A stretch of 60,515 bases of DNA, the filler included, from Squatina squatina (taxonomy: Eukaryota), in NCBI GenBank assembly GCA_031763465.1. It is 3 parts of 3 records of this genome, joined end to end, with 100 filler letters (N's around TTAATTAATTAA, not from the genome) between each part and the next. Parts side by side here need not be neighbours in the genome. Positions count along the whole stretch, not along the records: positions 1 to 23,686 come from JARFOE010000058.1; 2 more parts are not named here. The stretch is one strand, 5' to 3'. A program made the position numbers and the translations under genes. The notes beneath the pieces were generated by a model. It made no database searches. It was not told the origin of the DNA and saw nothing but the letters and a program-made list of their open reading frames with translations. Of the stretch, positions 1-12,062 are shown one piece after another (the first letter of the stretch is position 1; the number at the start of each line of letters is the position of its first letter).

Positions 1-819
1 GACAAGCTGTCGGAGGTGAAAGTAGAAACTCCTACTCTATTCTTGGTTCACCTCTATGCAGAGCCTCGCTTCCCCTTCTACCACTTCTCGCTGACAACTG
101 ACGGCTTAAACGAGTGCATAGAAGCAGACTTGCTGGTCTCAAAGACAGGGCCAGACGCAATCAACATAGCGATGTATAATTACGGCTGTCAAAGGCACCG
201 TGTGTAATTGGTGCAATAGCTCGCATCATCAGGGGCAGGATTGGCCGCTGCACAGGGAGGCTGCTTGGCCTTCAACGCAGTCACTCGCTCAACAGGCTGA
301 CATGCCAACAGGGTGAAGCCATTTTAATGACTTTCCCCAGCATCACTGCCACAGATATTCTAAGCCAACAGATTAACATGATTTTGCAAGCAATAGCCCT
401 GTTTTCTTTAACATGCTCTAAGTGTTGATGTGCTACACTGCATCACTTCTGTACGGTCTCATTATCTGGGGAGAGAAATTCCTCAGGTTTGTACCAGGAG
501 CTAAGGCCAAAGAAATGGAGGCCGCCTCACTTCCACCCATTTCTGGCGCGGGCCACGGGGACACCATTTTGGTAAGGGCCAAAGAAGAAGTATCATTTAA
601 CCACATCTGAAGCAGGCGTTAGTCCATTAACATATTCAAATAAGGAGCCTGTGTGTGGGTGTCTTCATGTGTGTANNNNNNNNNNNNNNNNNNNNNNNNN
701 NNNNNNNNNNNNNNNNNNNNNNNNNNNNNNNNNNNNNNNNNNNNNNNNNNNNNNNNNNNNNNNNNNNNNNNNNNNCCTATCTATCTCTCGTGTTTCTTCT
801 TTTCTCTTCTTCTTTAGCC

Positions 820-843
820 TCTCTCTCTCTCTCTCTCTCTCTC
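820..843. repeat. (CT)n microsatellite
   Basis: Direct ctctct run. Confidence 0.9.
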
Positions 844-2777
844 ACTGCCTCATTCTCCATTCAAGCCATTGGAATGCCCACCCCCCTTCCATCACCTGCT
901 GAGACCTGGATGGTGGATGGAGTATCCAAGCAGCAGGGGCACAATTAGACAGAAGCTCAGCCTTTGATCATTTGCCCATATGTGAGTCCAACAGCTGACC
1001 ACATGTGTCCAGGGACAGGTTAACCTGCAGAAACACAGACTGGGATTCCCACATTTCTAACCCTGTTTCCGTGCATTAAATTCTGAGCCAGTTCCACTTC
1101 ACAGCATCTTGAAATCGCAGAGCTTAATAAAACTTGATTGCCTGGTCTTAACTCCTGCAGCATTTCATTTAACCAAATCTCATTAAAATGCGGATATAAG
1201 GTCCTGTATCATGTCAGCATTTCCTCTTTAATGTTGCGCCCTGAAAATTATAAAAATAAGTTATGTTATAATCTTCGACAGGGAATGATAAACATGTGTT
1301 CAGAACAAAAGAAACACACTGCACCAGCACACGAGGCACAAGTTACAGGCACAACTTTCCAAAAGGCAGTTTGCACCTTACCATCCCTTCATCCATAAAA
1401 GGGACTATCTTTCAGTTTTGGCCATGCAACATNNNNNNNNNNNNNNNNNNNNNNNNNNNNNNNNNNNNNNNNNNNNNNNNNNNNNNNNNNNNNNNNNNNN
1501 NNNNNNNNNNNNNNNNNNNNNNNNNNNNNNNNGTTGATCCATTCATGCTCTGTCACTTTAACTATCCCATTCACCAGACTTCTAGCAAGTGAGAGCTGTG
1601 CTCTTCTACATGAAAGAATTCACCTTACGGCAACCAATTTAATGGGCACTAATTTCTGATATTCTTCTATTGAAATGTGAGTAGCTCCATTAAGAATCTG
1701 CTGATGCAGGAGCACCCATAGGACATCCATTGACATGCCTATCTCATTTCATACCTCAGGCACTGAACTCTCTCCTACCCCTCTGTATATAAGTCATTAG
1801 TAGCATTTTATTTTTGTGGGCGCTATTAAAGTTAATTTCCCCTTTTTTCATATTTTCTTACTGTATTGTTCAACTGCCTTTTTGAACACCTGGAGCCAAG
1901 AGGAAAATGCCTGGTCTCCTCCCAGACTACTGTCGACAGCTGTTGCAATCAACCTCCAGACAAGGAGACATCAGGGACCATCCAAAGCTCTTTAGTCGTT
2001 TCCAGTACACAATCACACAAGTTCTTAGGTCCTTTTTAATAGTACATGCAACTTTGTCATAGCTCAGATTTTTAATTTGCTGATTTAAAGGGCATCTGAG
2101 TTTGCCAAGTAAGAATCTGTAGTGATAAGTACTTTCATGCCCTCTTATTATTCTCAATATTTATCGTTGAGCCATCTATCTTAAAAAAAACTGCATTACA
2201 TCGATTACCTGTTGTTTTTATTGTTGTTACATCGAATACCCATCTCACAATGTGAAGTGAGTTCATGAATTGGCTGAACTTCAAGACAGAACACTATGAA
2301 ACCTAGACTGTGTCTCTTGATTGGATCAATTTCTTCATGTGCCAAGGAATCAAGTTCCGGCACCTCCCTTCCCTTCTGTCAATACTTGTTCCAACTGCAG
2401 ACAACTCAGGTGGTCTTAAGGGGGAAGAGGAAAGTGTCCACTGCCAAATCAGTCCTCAAATGAGCCGAGACACCCAGTAGTAAACGCAAAGATCAGAAGG
2501 ACAAATCTTCTCCCCTCCAAGTACAAGGGATTTTAATTTTCTCCATGCACTATTTTTAGTTATGACACTCCTGGAATATACCGGTTTGTTTATTTTTAAC
2601 AAATTATTCTTTTATTTTAAATATTTATGACTACCACCGAGATTGAGAAGGCAGGAATTTGATGGGAACACGTTAACCAGAGCACTAAAAATAGTAGACA
2701 GAGAACAGATCTAAGTAGCAACTAGTGACGAGTAAAGATATAACAGATGTTAGGAAAGTACCTCTTAACTCAATGAA

Positions 2778-3090
2778 TACTTGGAATATAAACAAAAAAT
2801 GCTGGAAAAACCCAGCAGCTCAGGCAGCATTTGTGGAGAGAGAAACAGAGTTAACGTTTCAGGTCTGTGACCCTTCATCAGAACTGGAAAAAGCCAGAAA
2901 TGCAGGAGGTTTTCAAACAAGTGCAGGGGCAGGGAAAGCGGGGAGGGGGAGGAAAGAACAAAGGGGAGGTCAGTGATTGGGTGGAAGGCAGAAGAGATAA
3001 AGAGATGATGCAAGGCAATCAGAGGTGGAAATGTGCACATGAAGAAACACATTAAATCTAGATAGGGTGTAAACGAGGGAAACAGCAACA
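2778..3090 (-). mobile_element. Penelope-like retroelement terminal fragment carrying a hammerhead motif
   Basis: aatgctggaaaaacccagcagctcaggcagcatttgtggagagagaaacagagttaacgtttcaggtc is the reverse complement of the 17360-17455 repeat, which lies downstream of a GIY-YIG fragment. Right boundary approximate. Confidence 0.7.
2849..2885 (-). ncRNA. Minimal type I hammerhead ribozyme (Penelope-associated)
   Basis: Minus strand reads AGTT-CTGATGA-a-gggtc-aca-gacct-GAAAC-GTT-AACT: CUGAUGA and GAAA core, 5-bp stem II, stem I AGUU/AACU, palindromic AACGUU stem III. Confidence 0.7.
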
Positions 3091-4249
3091 GCCATTAGAG
3101 GGAAGCGAAAAAAGAGCCATATGTTGTTGTGTTTGTTTTATTTAACTAGCCTGCCCCTCAGCCGGTGTTGGGATGGGGCTCGAGCACAATGGGGGAGGGG
3201 AAGCCCCTACATTTCTATATTTCCCATCTGCCTATATTTCCTTCCTTTCTGATAGGAATTAACCTAAGTCCGTACACATAAAAATAAACCAATACACCAA
3301 ACCATAGCAGCTGAATCCGGAGGCTACTTTTCCATGTGTAATTTTTCAGCTCCTATCCAGCTGATTGCAGGTGGATGCAATTCCTGGAGAGATAGTATAC
3401 GGTGACCAAGTTTAAGAAGATCGGATGTCCGACCGCATGAGATTTTGAGTTAAAAAAGACGTCCCCTGCTCAGTCCCAAGGCTCGATATAAATATATCGC
3501 AATCACTCTTCCTGGGTTGTGTTATTAAATGCTTCTGTCAGGTTTTTTGTTAAAATAGTAATGCTTCATTGTATTTTTCCACATTGTAATATTTGCAAAG
3601 TCCCACTCCAGCAGACAGCTGTTTTATAATTGTTCTAATGATTTTGCCATTTAATCTGCACTGTATAATTTCACAGCCCCGCTTCATAATTTGTGATATT
3701 TTGACCACAGCGAACATTTTGACTGGGTCACTGGTACAGATTGTTGCTTTTTTTTGAACCTATAGCCATTAGTTGTAACCCCGAGAGAAAGGAAAACAAT
3801 GGAAATCTCTCCCCCTTTAATCTCTGCTTTTAACAGAAATTTTTTGCCATTCTAACCGTATTCTGCTAATGCAGCAAGAGCAGCAGCCCTCCTTCTGTGC
3901 CTTTATCCCTGCTGTCAGGTGTTGCAATTTTACACTTGACTGAATCAGACAACCAATCTTCTTGGAACTGCCAGGCTCGAATTTTCAGATAATTTGCGAG
4001 ATGTGCAATGGGGGGCCAAGTTACTGCAGCCTTGTTCTCCAGTCCGCTTGTGTGCGGAACGACGCAGATCGTTCGGATTCTGAAACCCGCACCTTCAGAG
4101 CAGGAGCAAGCCCCGCTTAAAAAATAAACTCGAAGGGATAGAAATCGGGCTTTGCTCCGGGCCTGATCTACCGACTTACAACGGGCACGACGAGGGCCAA
4201 TTTCGAAGGGCCGCCGTCCCATGTCCAAAGTATGCCTCAAAGACATCCC

Positions 4250-4720
4250 ACCTGTGCCTCAGTGGGTTGCAGTCCCGCCTCTGAATCAGAAGGTTGTGGG
4301 TTCAAGTCCCACTACAGAGACTTGGCAGAAAAAATCTAGGCTGACATTCCAGTGCAGTGCTGAGGGAGCGCTGCAGTGTCAGAGGGGCAGTACTGAGGGA
4401 GTGCTGCACTGGTGAAGGTGCCATCTTTCGGATGAGACGTTAAACCGAGGCCTCGTCTGCTCTCTCAGGTGGATGTAAAAGATCCCATGGCACTATTTCA
4501 AAGAAGAGCAGGGGAGTTCTCCCGCTGTCTTGGACCAATATTTATCCCTCAATCATCTGGTCAGTATGACATTGCTGTTTGTGGGATCTTGCTCTGCGCA
4601 AATTGGCTGCCATGTTTCCCACATTACAACAGTGACTACACTTCAAAAAGTACTGCTGCATAGCGTTTTGGTAGTTCCAGCGGTTGTGAAAAGCACTGTA
4701 TAAATGCAAGTCTTTCTTTT
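4250..4720 (+). mobile_element. Near full-length tRNA-derived Deu-domain SINE (SacSINE1-like)
   Basis: A-box-like tgcctcagtgg, B box GGTTCAAGTCC at 4299-4309, Deu core (gaagagcaggggagttctcc...ccaatatttatccctcaa...acattgctgtttgtggga...gcaaattggctgcc), tail ataaatgcaagtctttctttt; ~33-bp internal duplication at ~4352-4418. Confidence 0.85.
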
Positions 4721-5019
4721 GTTCTTTCACCGCTATCCGATTGGTTCATTTTTCAGACGCCCCAGGCAGCTGCCAAAAACAGGCATTAGGCCCCTTACAT
4801 ATGTAAATGAGGGGCCTGGCACCTGATTTAGGCAGCTCTGGGAAACTGGATGGCAATGGCCAGGGCCGGAGCTGGGCCTTCTCAGCTCGGGATTGACCAG
4901 CAGGTGCTGCAGCCCAATCNNNNNNNNNNNNNNNNNNNNNNNNNNNNNNNNNNNNNNNNNNNNNNNNNNNNNNNNNNNNNNNNNNNNNNNNNNNNNNNNN
5001 NNNNNNNNNNNNNNNNNNN

Positions 5020-6100
5020 CAAACAAACCACATGCACAAACCATACACACACAATCCTCACACACACAAACCANNNNNNNNNNNNNNNNNNNNNNNNNNN
5101 NNNNNNNNNNNNNNNNNNNNNNNNNNNNNNNNNNNNNNNNNNNNNNNNNNNNNNNNNNNNNNNNNNNNNNNNNNNNNNNNNNNNNNNNNNNNNNNNNNNN
5201 NNNNNNNNNNNNNNNNNNNNNNNNNNNNNNNNNNNNNNNNNNNNNNNNNNNNNNNNNNNNNNNNNNNNNNNNNNNNNNNNNNNNNNNNNNNNNNNNNNNN
5301 NNNNNNNNNNNNNNNNNNNNNNNNGAAACACAAACCACACACACACAATCCCCCCAAAGCACACACACACAGACCACACACATACAAACCGCAAACACAC
5401 ACACATACAAATCACACACACGCACAAACTACACACACAAACTACAGACTTATAAAAAACGCACAAACAACACACACACGCAAATCACACACACTCACAC
5501 ACACAAAACACACACACAATCCACACACACACAAACCACACACAAACCACACACACACACAAACCACACACACAAATTCCGCACACACAAACCGCACAAA
5601 AACCACATACACACAAACCACACACACACAGACTATACACACAAACCTCGCACACACACTCACTCATTCACTCGCTCACACACTCACACACACACATTTA
5701 CTCACTCATTCACACTCGCTCAAACTCACTTTCACACACAGACTCTCTCACACTCACACTTACTCACACCCACTCGCTCAAACTTACTCACATTCATTCA
5801 TACACACACTCACTCATTCACTCGCTCACACTCACTCATTTACTCACAAACTCACTCACACACACTATCACATACTCACATGCACTCACTCTCATTCGCT
5901 CACTCATACACACTCACTCATTCACTCACTAACACGCACTCACTCAATCACTCATTCATACGCACTCACACACACACTCACGTGCTCACCCACACACTCA
6001 TTCACTCGCGCACACACACTCACTGACTCATTCATTCACTCATTCATTCATTCACTCACTCACACTCTCACATTCAGACACTCACACACACACAAATACA
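5020..6100. repeat. Degenerate compound microsatellite: (CA)n/CACACAAAC, then (CACT/CATT)n; includes a gap
   Basis: Direct inspection; motif changes near 5650. Confidence 0.9.
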
Positions 6101-6359
6101 CTAGTTAATATAATTAATTCTAACGCCATCTCATTTCTATCAGGCACCATTTTAACTTTGCTTTAGAAGCATGTTTTGCTTTCTCAGATTTTACGTTCAA
6201 CACCGAGTTAATTTCCTAAATGATTTAAATTCCAATTTCGCAATGAGCCCAAAGTTCACATTTGCACTAAGTCAGCAACACATTGCATGGGATGCGGTAA
6301 AGTGAGACAGGGAGGGTCGGTGTAGTTCAAAAAATGCAACGTTTGATTTGTAAATCAAA

Positions 6360-6760
6360 ATTGTTTAATGTTAACTTGGTTATAACCCTTTCTTCCTCCA
6401 AAAAAAACTGTACATAGGTTTTGTTAGAAAACAATTCTTCATAAATATTGTTTCAGCGGCAGGTAAATACCGGTGATTAAATTACAAGATGATAAATATG
6501 ACATTATGAATATGTATATTTACAGAAAATAGCTATCACAAAAAAGGCAGCGTTATACTTAACTGTCACAATCCTGTACTAGTGTGAAACTACATCCCAG
6601 CCTGTGAAAAGCACTCAAACAACAGGTTTGACCCAATCGAACGGGAGATACATTCACAAGGATTTTTTTTAAGTTCAAGACATAACAGGACTTTGGCACT
6701 TTTTTAAAGACTGAATTTTACAGTCAATCAGCTCCGAGGTGCCACCATGAGTTCACTATT
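6360..6760 (-). other. Candidate Zic3 distal 3'UTR with polyadenylation signal
   Basis: On minus strand downstream of Zic3 exon 1: U-rich, Pumilio-type TGTAAATA (6517-6524), TATTTAT elements, ATTAAA (6364-6369). Not linked to a visible last exon. Confidence 0.35.
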
Positions 6761-8869
6761 GAAACATATGGTCTACGATTCTGCCTCCCAACCCCCCTTT
6801 CCCCTTACACCATCCATTTCAACGACTTCCCTTATAAGCTACGCCTCAATTCTATTATCCTTTTGGAGGAAACATTCTGCTTGTTGTTCCTACTTACTAC
6901 TAAATTGCTACTTTTTAATCACTTTTTGTCCCTGATCACAATCTGCAATTTTCCATCAATTGAAAGTGGCGGCAGGTAAGAATTTCCTTGGGTGGAGGTG
7001 CAGAAAATCTACAATCACATTTTTGTTCTTTGTCTCCAGTCCTCATGGTCTCTTCAGACTGAACATCAGCTGCTGCTAAGAGGGTAGGTGGGCAACCTGT
7101 GCCCATACTTTTGCCAATGCCATTTACAAATGTAATGCTTCTTAAGGATTTTGGCCAAATGCTAAAAAGGAAAATCATTTGACACTATTTGCTTGCCCCT
7201 CTCATGTGCTTAGTTTGTGAGTGCTTGTATAAATTGTGGGGAGGAAAGGTGATTACTTTATCCTTACCCTCTGTTTCGTGCTTTGTGAAGGGCACAAATA
7301 GCATTTGCTGTGGAAGGGCTTTGTGATAATATGAAAAAATAGGAAACTGATTATATGACAAGTGAAAAGGGTTCACATAATTCATCCTGCAAGAATCATA
7401 ATGTAAGGCTTAATACAATGCAAATTTAAAGGTACAGGGGCCAAAATTCCCTTGCCCTGCGTTCCCGGTGCTGAAAACAAACTGTCCGGCCCATTAGCAC
7501 CCGGCACTGACTCCATGAAAAATGTGCAAAATTCGCCACTTTAGTAAAAAACAGGGCGTGGAGCTGTTACAGGCACTGATGGGCTCCATGGAGCACTGGA
7601 GGGCCGCTCTTGCTCACCTTCTGGCGAATTTCACATGACTATCATGCAGCAGTAATCAGCTTCCACTCCATGCCAGTCCTTAAATGAGTTGTGGCTCCTG
7701 CCTTCTGCTGCTCTCNNNNNNNNNNNNNNNNNNNNNNNNNNNNNNNNNNNNNNNNNNNNNNNNNNNNNNNNNNNNNNNNNNNNNNNNNNNNNNNNNNNNN
7801 NNNNNNNNNNNNNNNNNNNNNNNNNNNNNNNNNNNNNNNNNNNNNNNNNNNNNNNNNNNNNNNNNNNNNNNNNNNNNNNNNNNNNNNNNNNNNNNNNNNN
7901 NNNNNNNNNNNNNNNNNNNNNNNNNNNNNNNNNNNNNNNNNNNNNNNNNNNNNNNNNNNNNNNNNNNNNNNNNNNNNNNNNNNNNNNNNNNNNNNNNNNN
8001 NNNNNNNNNNNNNNNNNNNNNNNNNNNNNNNNNNNNNNNNNNNNNNNNNNNNNNNNNNNNNNNNNNNNNNNNNNNNNNNNNNNNNNNNNNNNNNNNNNNN
8101 NNNNNNNNNNNNNNNNNNNNNNNNNNNNNNNNNNNNNNNNNNNNNNNNNNNNNNNNNNNNNNNNNNNNNNNNNNNNNNNNNNNNNNNNNNNNNNNNNNNN
8201 NNNNNNNNNNNNNNNNNNNNNNNNNNNNNNNNNNNNNNNNNNNNNNNNNNNNNNNNNNNNNNNNNNNNNNNNNNNNNNNNNNNNNNNNNNNNNNNNNNNN
8301 NNNNNNNNNNNNNNNNNNNNNNNNNNNNNNNNNNNNNNNNACAAAGCTTCTCGCTGCGGGTTGCTTCACTGCAAGCGTGGTGAACAGACAAACACGGCGA
8401 CGACCAGACTGAAGCGAAAGCGATCGACGTTTGTTTGACTTCTTATCCAAAACGGAATAAAAGGCGGAATTTTATTATTGGGAGGTATTTTAAAAGCTCG
8501 GAACACGGACAATTGCATGTGGAGAATGTTTTGTCTTTATTTTAAAGGGAGGGAGCCCCTGGCGCTGAGCGGCCGGGTGCTGAGCTCCGAGTCTGTGGCT
8601 CCCCGACAGGACTCACTCGGTGAAGGGCAGCCTTTCCCCGGCAACTTTTGATCAAACCCAAACGGCGCCTGGCGCGGCCTCTCCGCCACAACAATGTGAC
8701 TCGGGATTAAAATCAAATTGTTTCTGTGCGAATGAAATCAGAGGCGATGGTTTTTAAGTTTCAGAATCCAGCGACATTACATTTTATTTCTTCAAATTAA
8801 TCATGAAAACAACTGGTAAATAACCTAGAGCGGCTGTTTTAACGGGGAATTGACACTTCTGTCTGTTAC

Positions 8870-9018
8870 CTGTGTGGGTCCGTTTGTGAATCTTTAGGTT
8901 TTCCGACCTGGCGAATATTTTCCCACATCCCGGGAAGGGACAAGGGAAGGGTTTCTCGCCCGTGTGCACTCGAATGTGATTAATGAGTTTGTACTTGGCC
9001 TTAAAGGATTTTCCCCCC
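8870..9018 (-). CDS. ZIC3: Zic3 exon 1, 3' part (ZF2 end and ZF3); 5' part lost in gap
   Basis: [49 protein letters not shown] then phase-1 donor G|GTAAC at 8869. GKSF and GKIF are Zic3-diagnostic (Zic1/2 have GKPF and GKVF). Linked to RBMX. Confidence 0.85.
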
Positions 9019-9118
9019 NNNNNNNNNNNNNNNNNNNNNNNNNNNNNNNNNNNNNNNNNNNNNNNNNNNNNNNNNNNNNNNNNNNNNNNNNNNNNNNNNN
9101 NNNNNNNNNNNNNNNNNN

Positions 9119-9725
9119 TACCATGGCTCCAGCAGCCACGGCGAGACTGGGGGCCACCCGTTCAGCCCTGGTCTGCACCACCAGAGCTTCCGCGGCGCCC
9201 CGTCCACCAGGGCTGTCAACGAGCAGATGGCCCTGGGTGTGCCGGGGCAGCTGGTCGCCAGGTCACGCCATTACAACAACCAGGTGACGGCTCCAAGAAG
9301 CGAGCATTACGTGACATCTTTACTTCAAAGCTACAACCCGATCACTCTGAACGTGGGTTTATGTGGTCACGGCGGGACGGGTCCATTCTTTAGATGCTTG
9401 AAACAACCCATCAAACGGGAGTTGGTCTGCAAGTGGATTAGCCAGGAACAAGAGCGCAAGAATTGCTGCTCGCGGGCATTCAGCACCATGAAGGAACTGG
9501 TCGCCCACCTGACGGTGGAACATGTTGGGGGAGCCGAACAGCTCACTCACGTCTGCTACTGGCACAGCTGCTCAAGGGATGGCAAGCCTTTCAAAGCCAA
9601 ATACAAACTGATAAACCACGTCAGGGTCCACACCGGGGAGAAGCCTTTCCCTTGCCCTTTCCCCGGCTGTGAAAAACTCTTCGCCAGATCCGAAAACCTG
9701 AAGATTCACAAGAGGACCCACACAG
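9119..9725 (+). CDS. zic6: Divergent Zic family exon 1 (ZF-NC plus ZF1-3), probable Zic6; 5' end in gap
   Basis: Open from the gap edge: YHGSSSH...NEQMALG...[10 protein letters not shown]...[19 protein letters not shown]...[15 protein letters not shown]...[21 protein letters not shown], donor G|GTCAGT at 9726. Head-to-head with Zic3. Zic family certain; the zic6 name is inferred from position and divergence. Confidence 0.75.
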
Positions 9726-10554
9726 GTCAGTCTGCTCGCTCCGTCCTCACTCGGGGGATTTGCGAGAGTTTGCTACCAACTTACATCGTTGTTTGTAACT
9801 TACTTTCGCACTGTTGAGAAAACGGATCCCTCTAAATGGCACTTAGATGAGTTTAAATTTAATAATTTGAGGAATGACAGTTGGAGTTCATGATCTTTAG
9901 TGATAGATGTGATTAATCAAGATGACACTACTGTACTAAAACTAAAACCCACAATGTCCGTGTGGAGATAACAGATACAAACACCCATGGCCCTTCGCCA
10001 CACTCTCATTTCTCGGCTTTAACAATGGATATTGTCATCGTGGAGCTGTTTTGTGAGAAGTTTGGTCTGAAGCAGTATTTGGAGATTCTGGGGCTAACAG
10101 CGGCTTTATAACATGTTTATTGGGTTATACATCAGGAAGCTGCCAGTTCACCGTGATTTCCCCTCGTGTTTCCTATGTTCTGACTGTCACATTTTTGTCA
10201 CGTACACTTGGTTAAAAAAATAAGATACATTCAAGATTAGAAACCGACAGATCCGCAATGTAACTGCTCGGGCCCTGTATAAAGAGAGTCTGTTTCCCAC
10301 ATTTAAACATTTGGCTCATAACATCCGTTCAAATCAATAAGACACAGTAATCGATCTTTATATATGCAAATCTGACAGAGGTATTGGTTAACCATATTCA
10401 AATTTGTTCCGGCGTATTCAGTACTGATACAGGCGCCCAGTACATGGACATACACTCAAACATGCTGACAAAGATAAATCCGCTTCGGGAAATCAGCTTA
10501 TCAACAGATTGCAACAGAAACTAGTGTGTGAATATTGGTGGAGGGATCGATTGA

Positions 10555-10765
10555 GACTGTATGTATCCATATCTACCTATCTACACATCAACCTATCTAC
10601 ATAATATATTTACATAAATATGTATATCATCAATATATAGATCTATGTATATCGTCAATTTCTATATGTGTGTATATCATCCTTCTATATATATGTGTAT
10701 ATCATCAATGTATCTATGTCTATGTGTGTGAGTGTCTATGATTATCTAAGCCATGTCTATATGTG
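10555..10765. repeat. Degenerate (TATC/TA)n low-complexity repeat
   Basis: Direct inspection. Confidence 0.75.
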
Positions 10766-10988
10766 ATGACGGAGAGTGAATTCTAATTAAAGCTACTATT
10801 TAGATAATTCTACTGAGTGTATTTATGGGTTTTATAGGTTGGGAAATCAAAGTTTTAACCTATGGGATTTATTTCAAATTGTTATTCTNNNNNNNNNNNN
10901 NNNNNNNNNNNNNNNNNNNNNNNNNNNNNNNNNNNNNNNNNNNNNNNNNNNNNNNNNNNNNNNNNNNNNNNNNNNNNNNNNNNNNNNN

Positions 10989-11005
10989 CGACGCTCTTCC
11001 GATCT
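10989..11005 (+). other. Illumina adapter remnant
   Basis: CGACGCTCTTCCGATCT at a contig start, identical to the 3' end of the TruSeq read-1 adapter. Confidence 0.9.
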
Positions 11006-12062
11006 GAATCCTGACAGTTCGAGCTGTCTGCCCCTCCCCAGTGCAGGCGGTCACTCCTCACTAGAACCACCAGAAAATGTTGCCAATACTACACCAACTG
11101 TGGGAGGGGCACCAAGCACTTCATTTCGTCCTGTCTGGCTTGAATTTAGTGAGCAAACACACATACATTTGGCTACACCTAACCCGAGCATAAATTATTC
11201 TTTAATTTGCTCTTAAAATACATTAACATGTACAGTTGGTTAATTACTTCCAGCCGCTCCGCCATATTTCACCACCCTTCTCTTCCAGGAATTACTTTGA
11301 CCTCTCTTCGTCTTCTTTCATTTCCTAAAATCTCGAGTTCTTTCATTTATCTCACATTCCCCTGCTGCAGTTATATAGTCCTTATTATAGAACAAATGGC
11401 CGACTAACCCGACAAGGCGATAAGAAAGTTTGCCTGATTTTTAAACATAAATTCCAGCTGTTTAAAGAAATTCTTCAAGAATCATCTCTGGTAGGATCAC
11501 TTGTCAGTAATTAAAACATCTTTAAATTTTGTTACATTATTTTTGTGCCGATTTGAAGCCTTTTAACAATTACTTTGAAGAAGAGCCCAGCTTTAACCTT
11601 GCCAAGTCTCCTAGGTGANNNNNNNNNNNNNNNNNNNNNNNNNNNNNNNNNNNNNNNNNNNNNNNNNNNNNNNNNNNNNNNNNNNNNNNNNNNNNNNNNN
11701 NNNNNNNNNNNNNNNNNNATAATCTTAGTGACAACACCACCTGTCGCTTTGTCTCGGACTGGTCTTGTTAGAGCTCCTTTCTTTTCAGCTGCTAATATCC
11801 TAGTCGTGACCTCAGCCTGACACCCACCTTCATCCTCATTCCTCCTGCTCATAATTATTTCAAACATTTTTAAATCTTATTATTTATCTGCCCTGCCATT
11901 ATAAATTTTCTGGGAAATGGGGGTGAAGTAGAGAGTTTGCAGGGTGCGCAGGAGCAGTGATAGAAGGAATAGAGCATCAGATACCTTGATGCAAGGAAGT
12001 GCAACTGGCTTAGAAGTCAGGCTATGGATTTGTGAGGGGAAGACCAACAGGAGACAGGAGAT

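Noticed and set aside
4255-4315. tRNA gene (A and B boxes)
   Set aside because: Continues into SINE body with no full cloverleaf; likewise at 12420-12485 and 55040-55100
4733-6108. Long His/Thr-rich and Cys/Val-rich ORFs
   Set aside because: Translations of a CA/CACT microsatellite and N runs
7631-8450. ORFs of 230-256 aa
   Set aside because: Almost entirely N gap; the same applies to 27082-28177 and other X-filled ORFs
8784-8969. Stand-alone 61-aa zinc-finger ORF
   Set aside because: Internal part of Zic3 exon 1 read through the donor into the intron
11719-11867. Possible GPR101 or other exon
   Set aside because: No GPCR motifs and no clear splice signals
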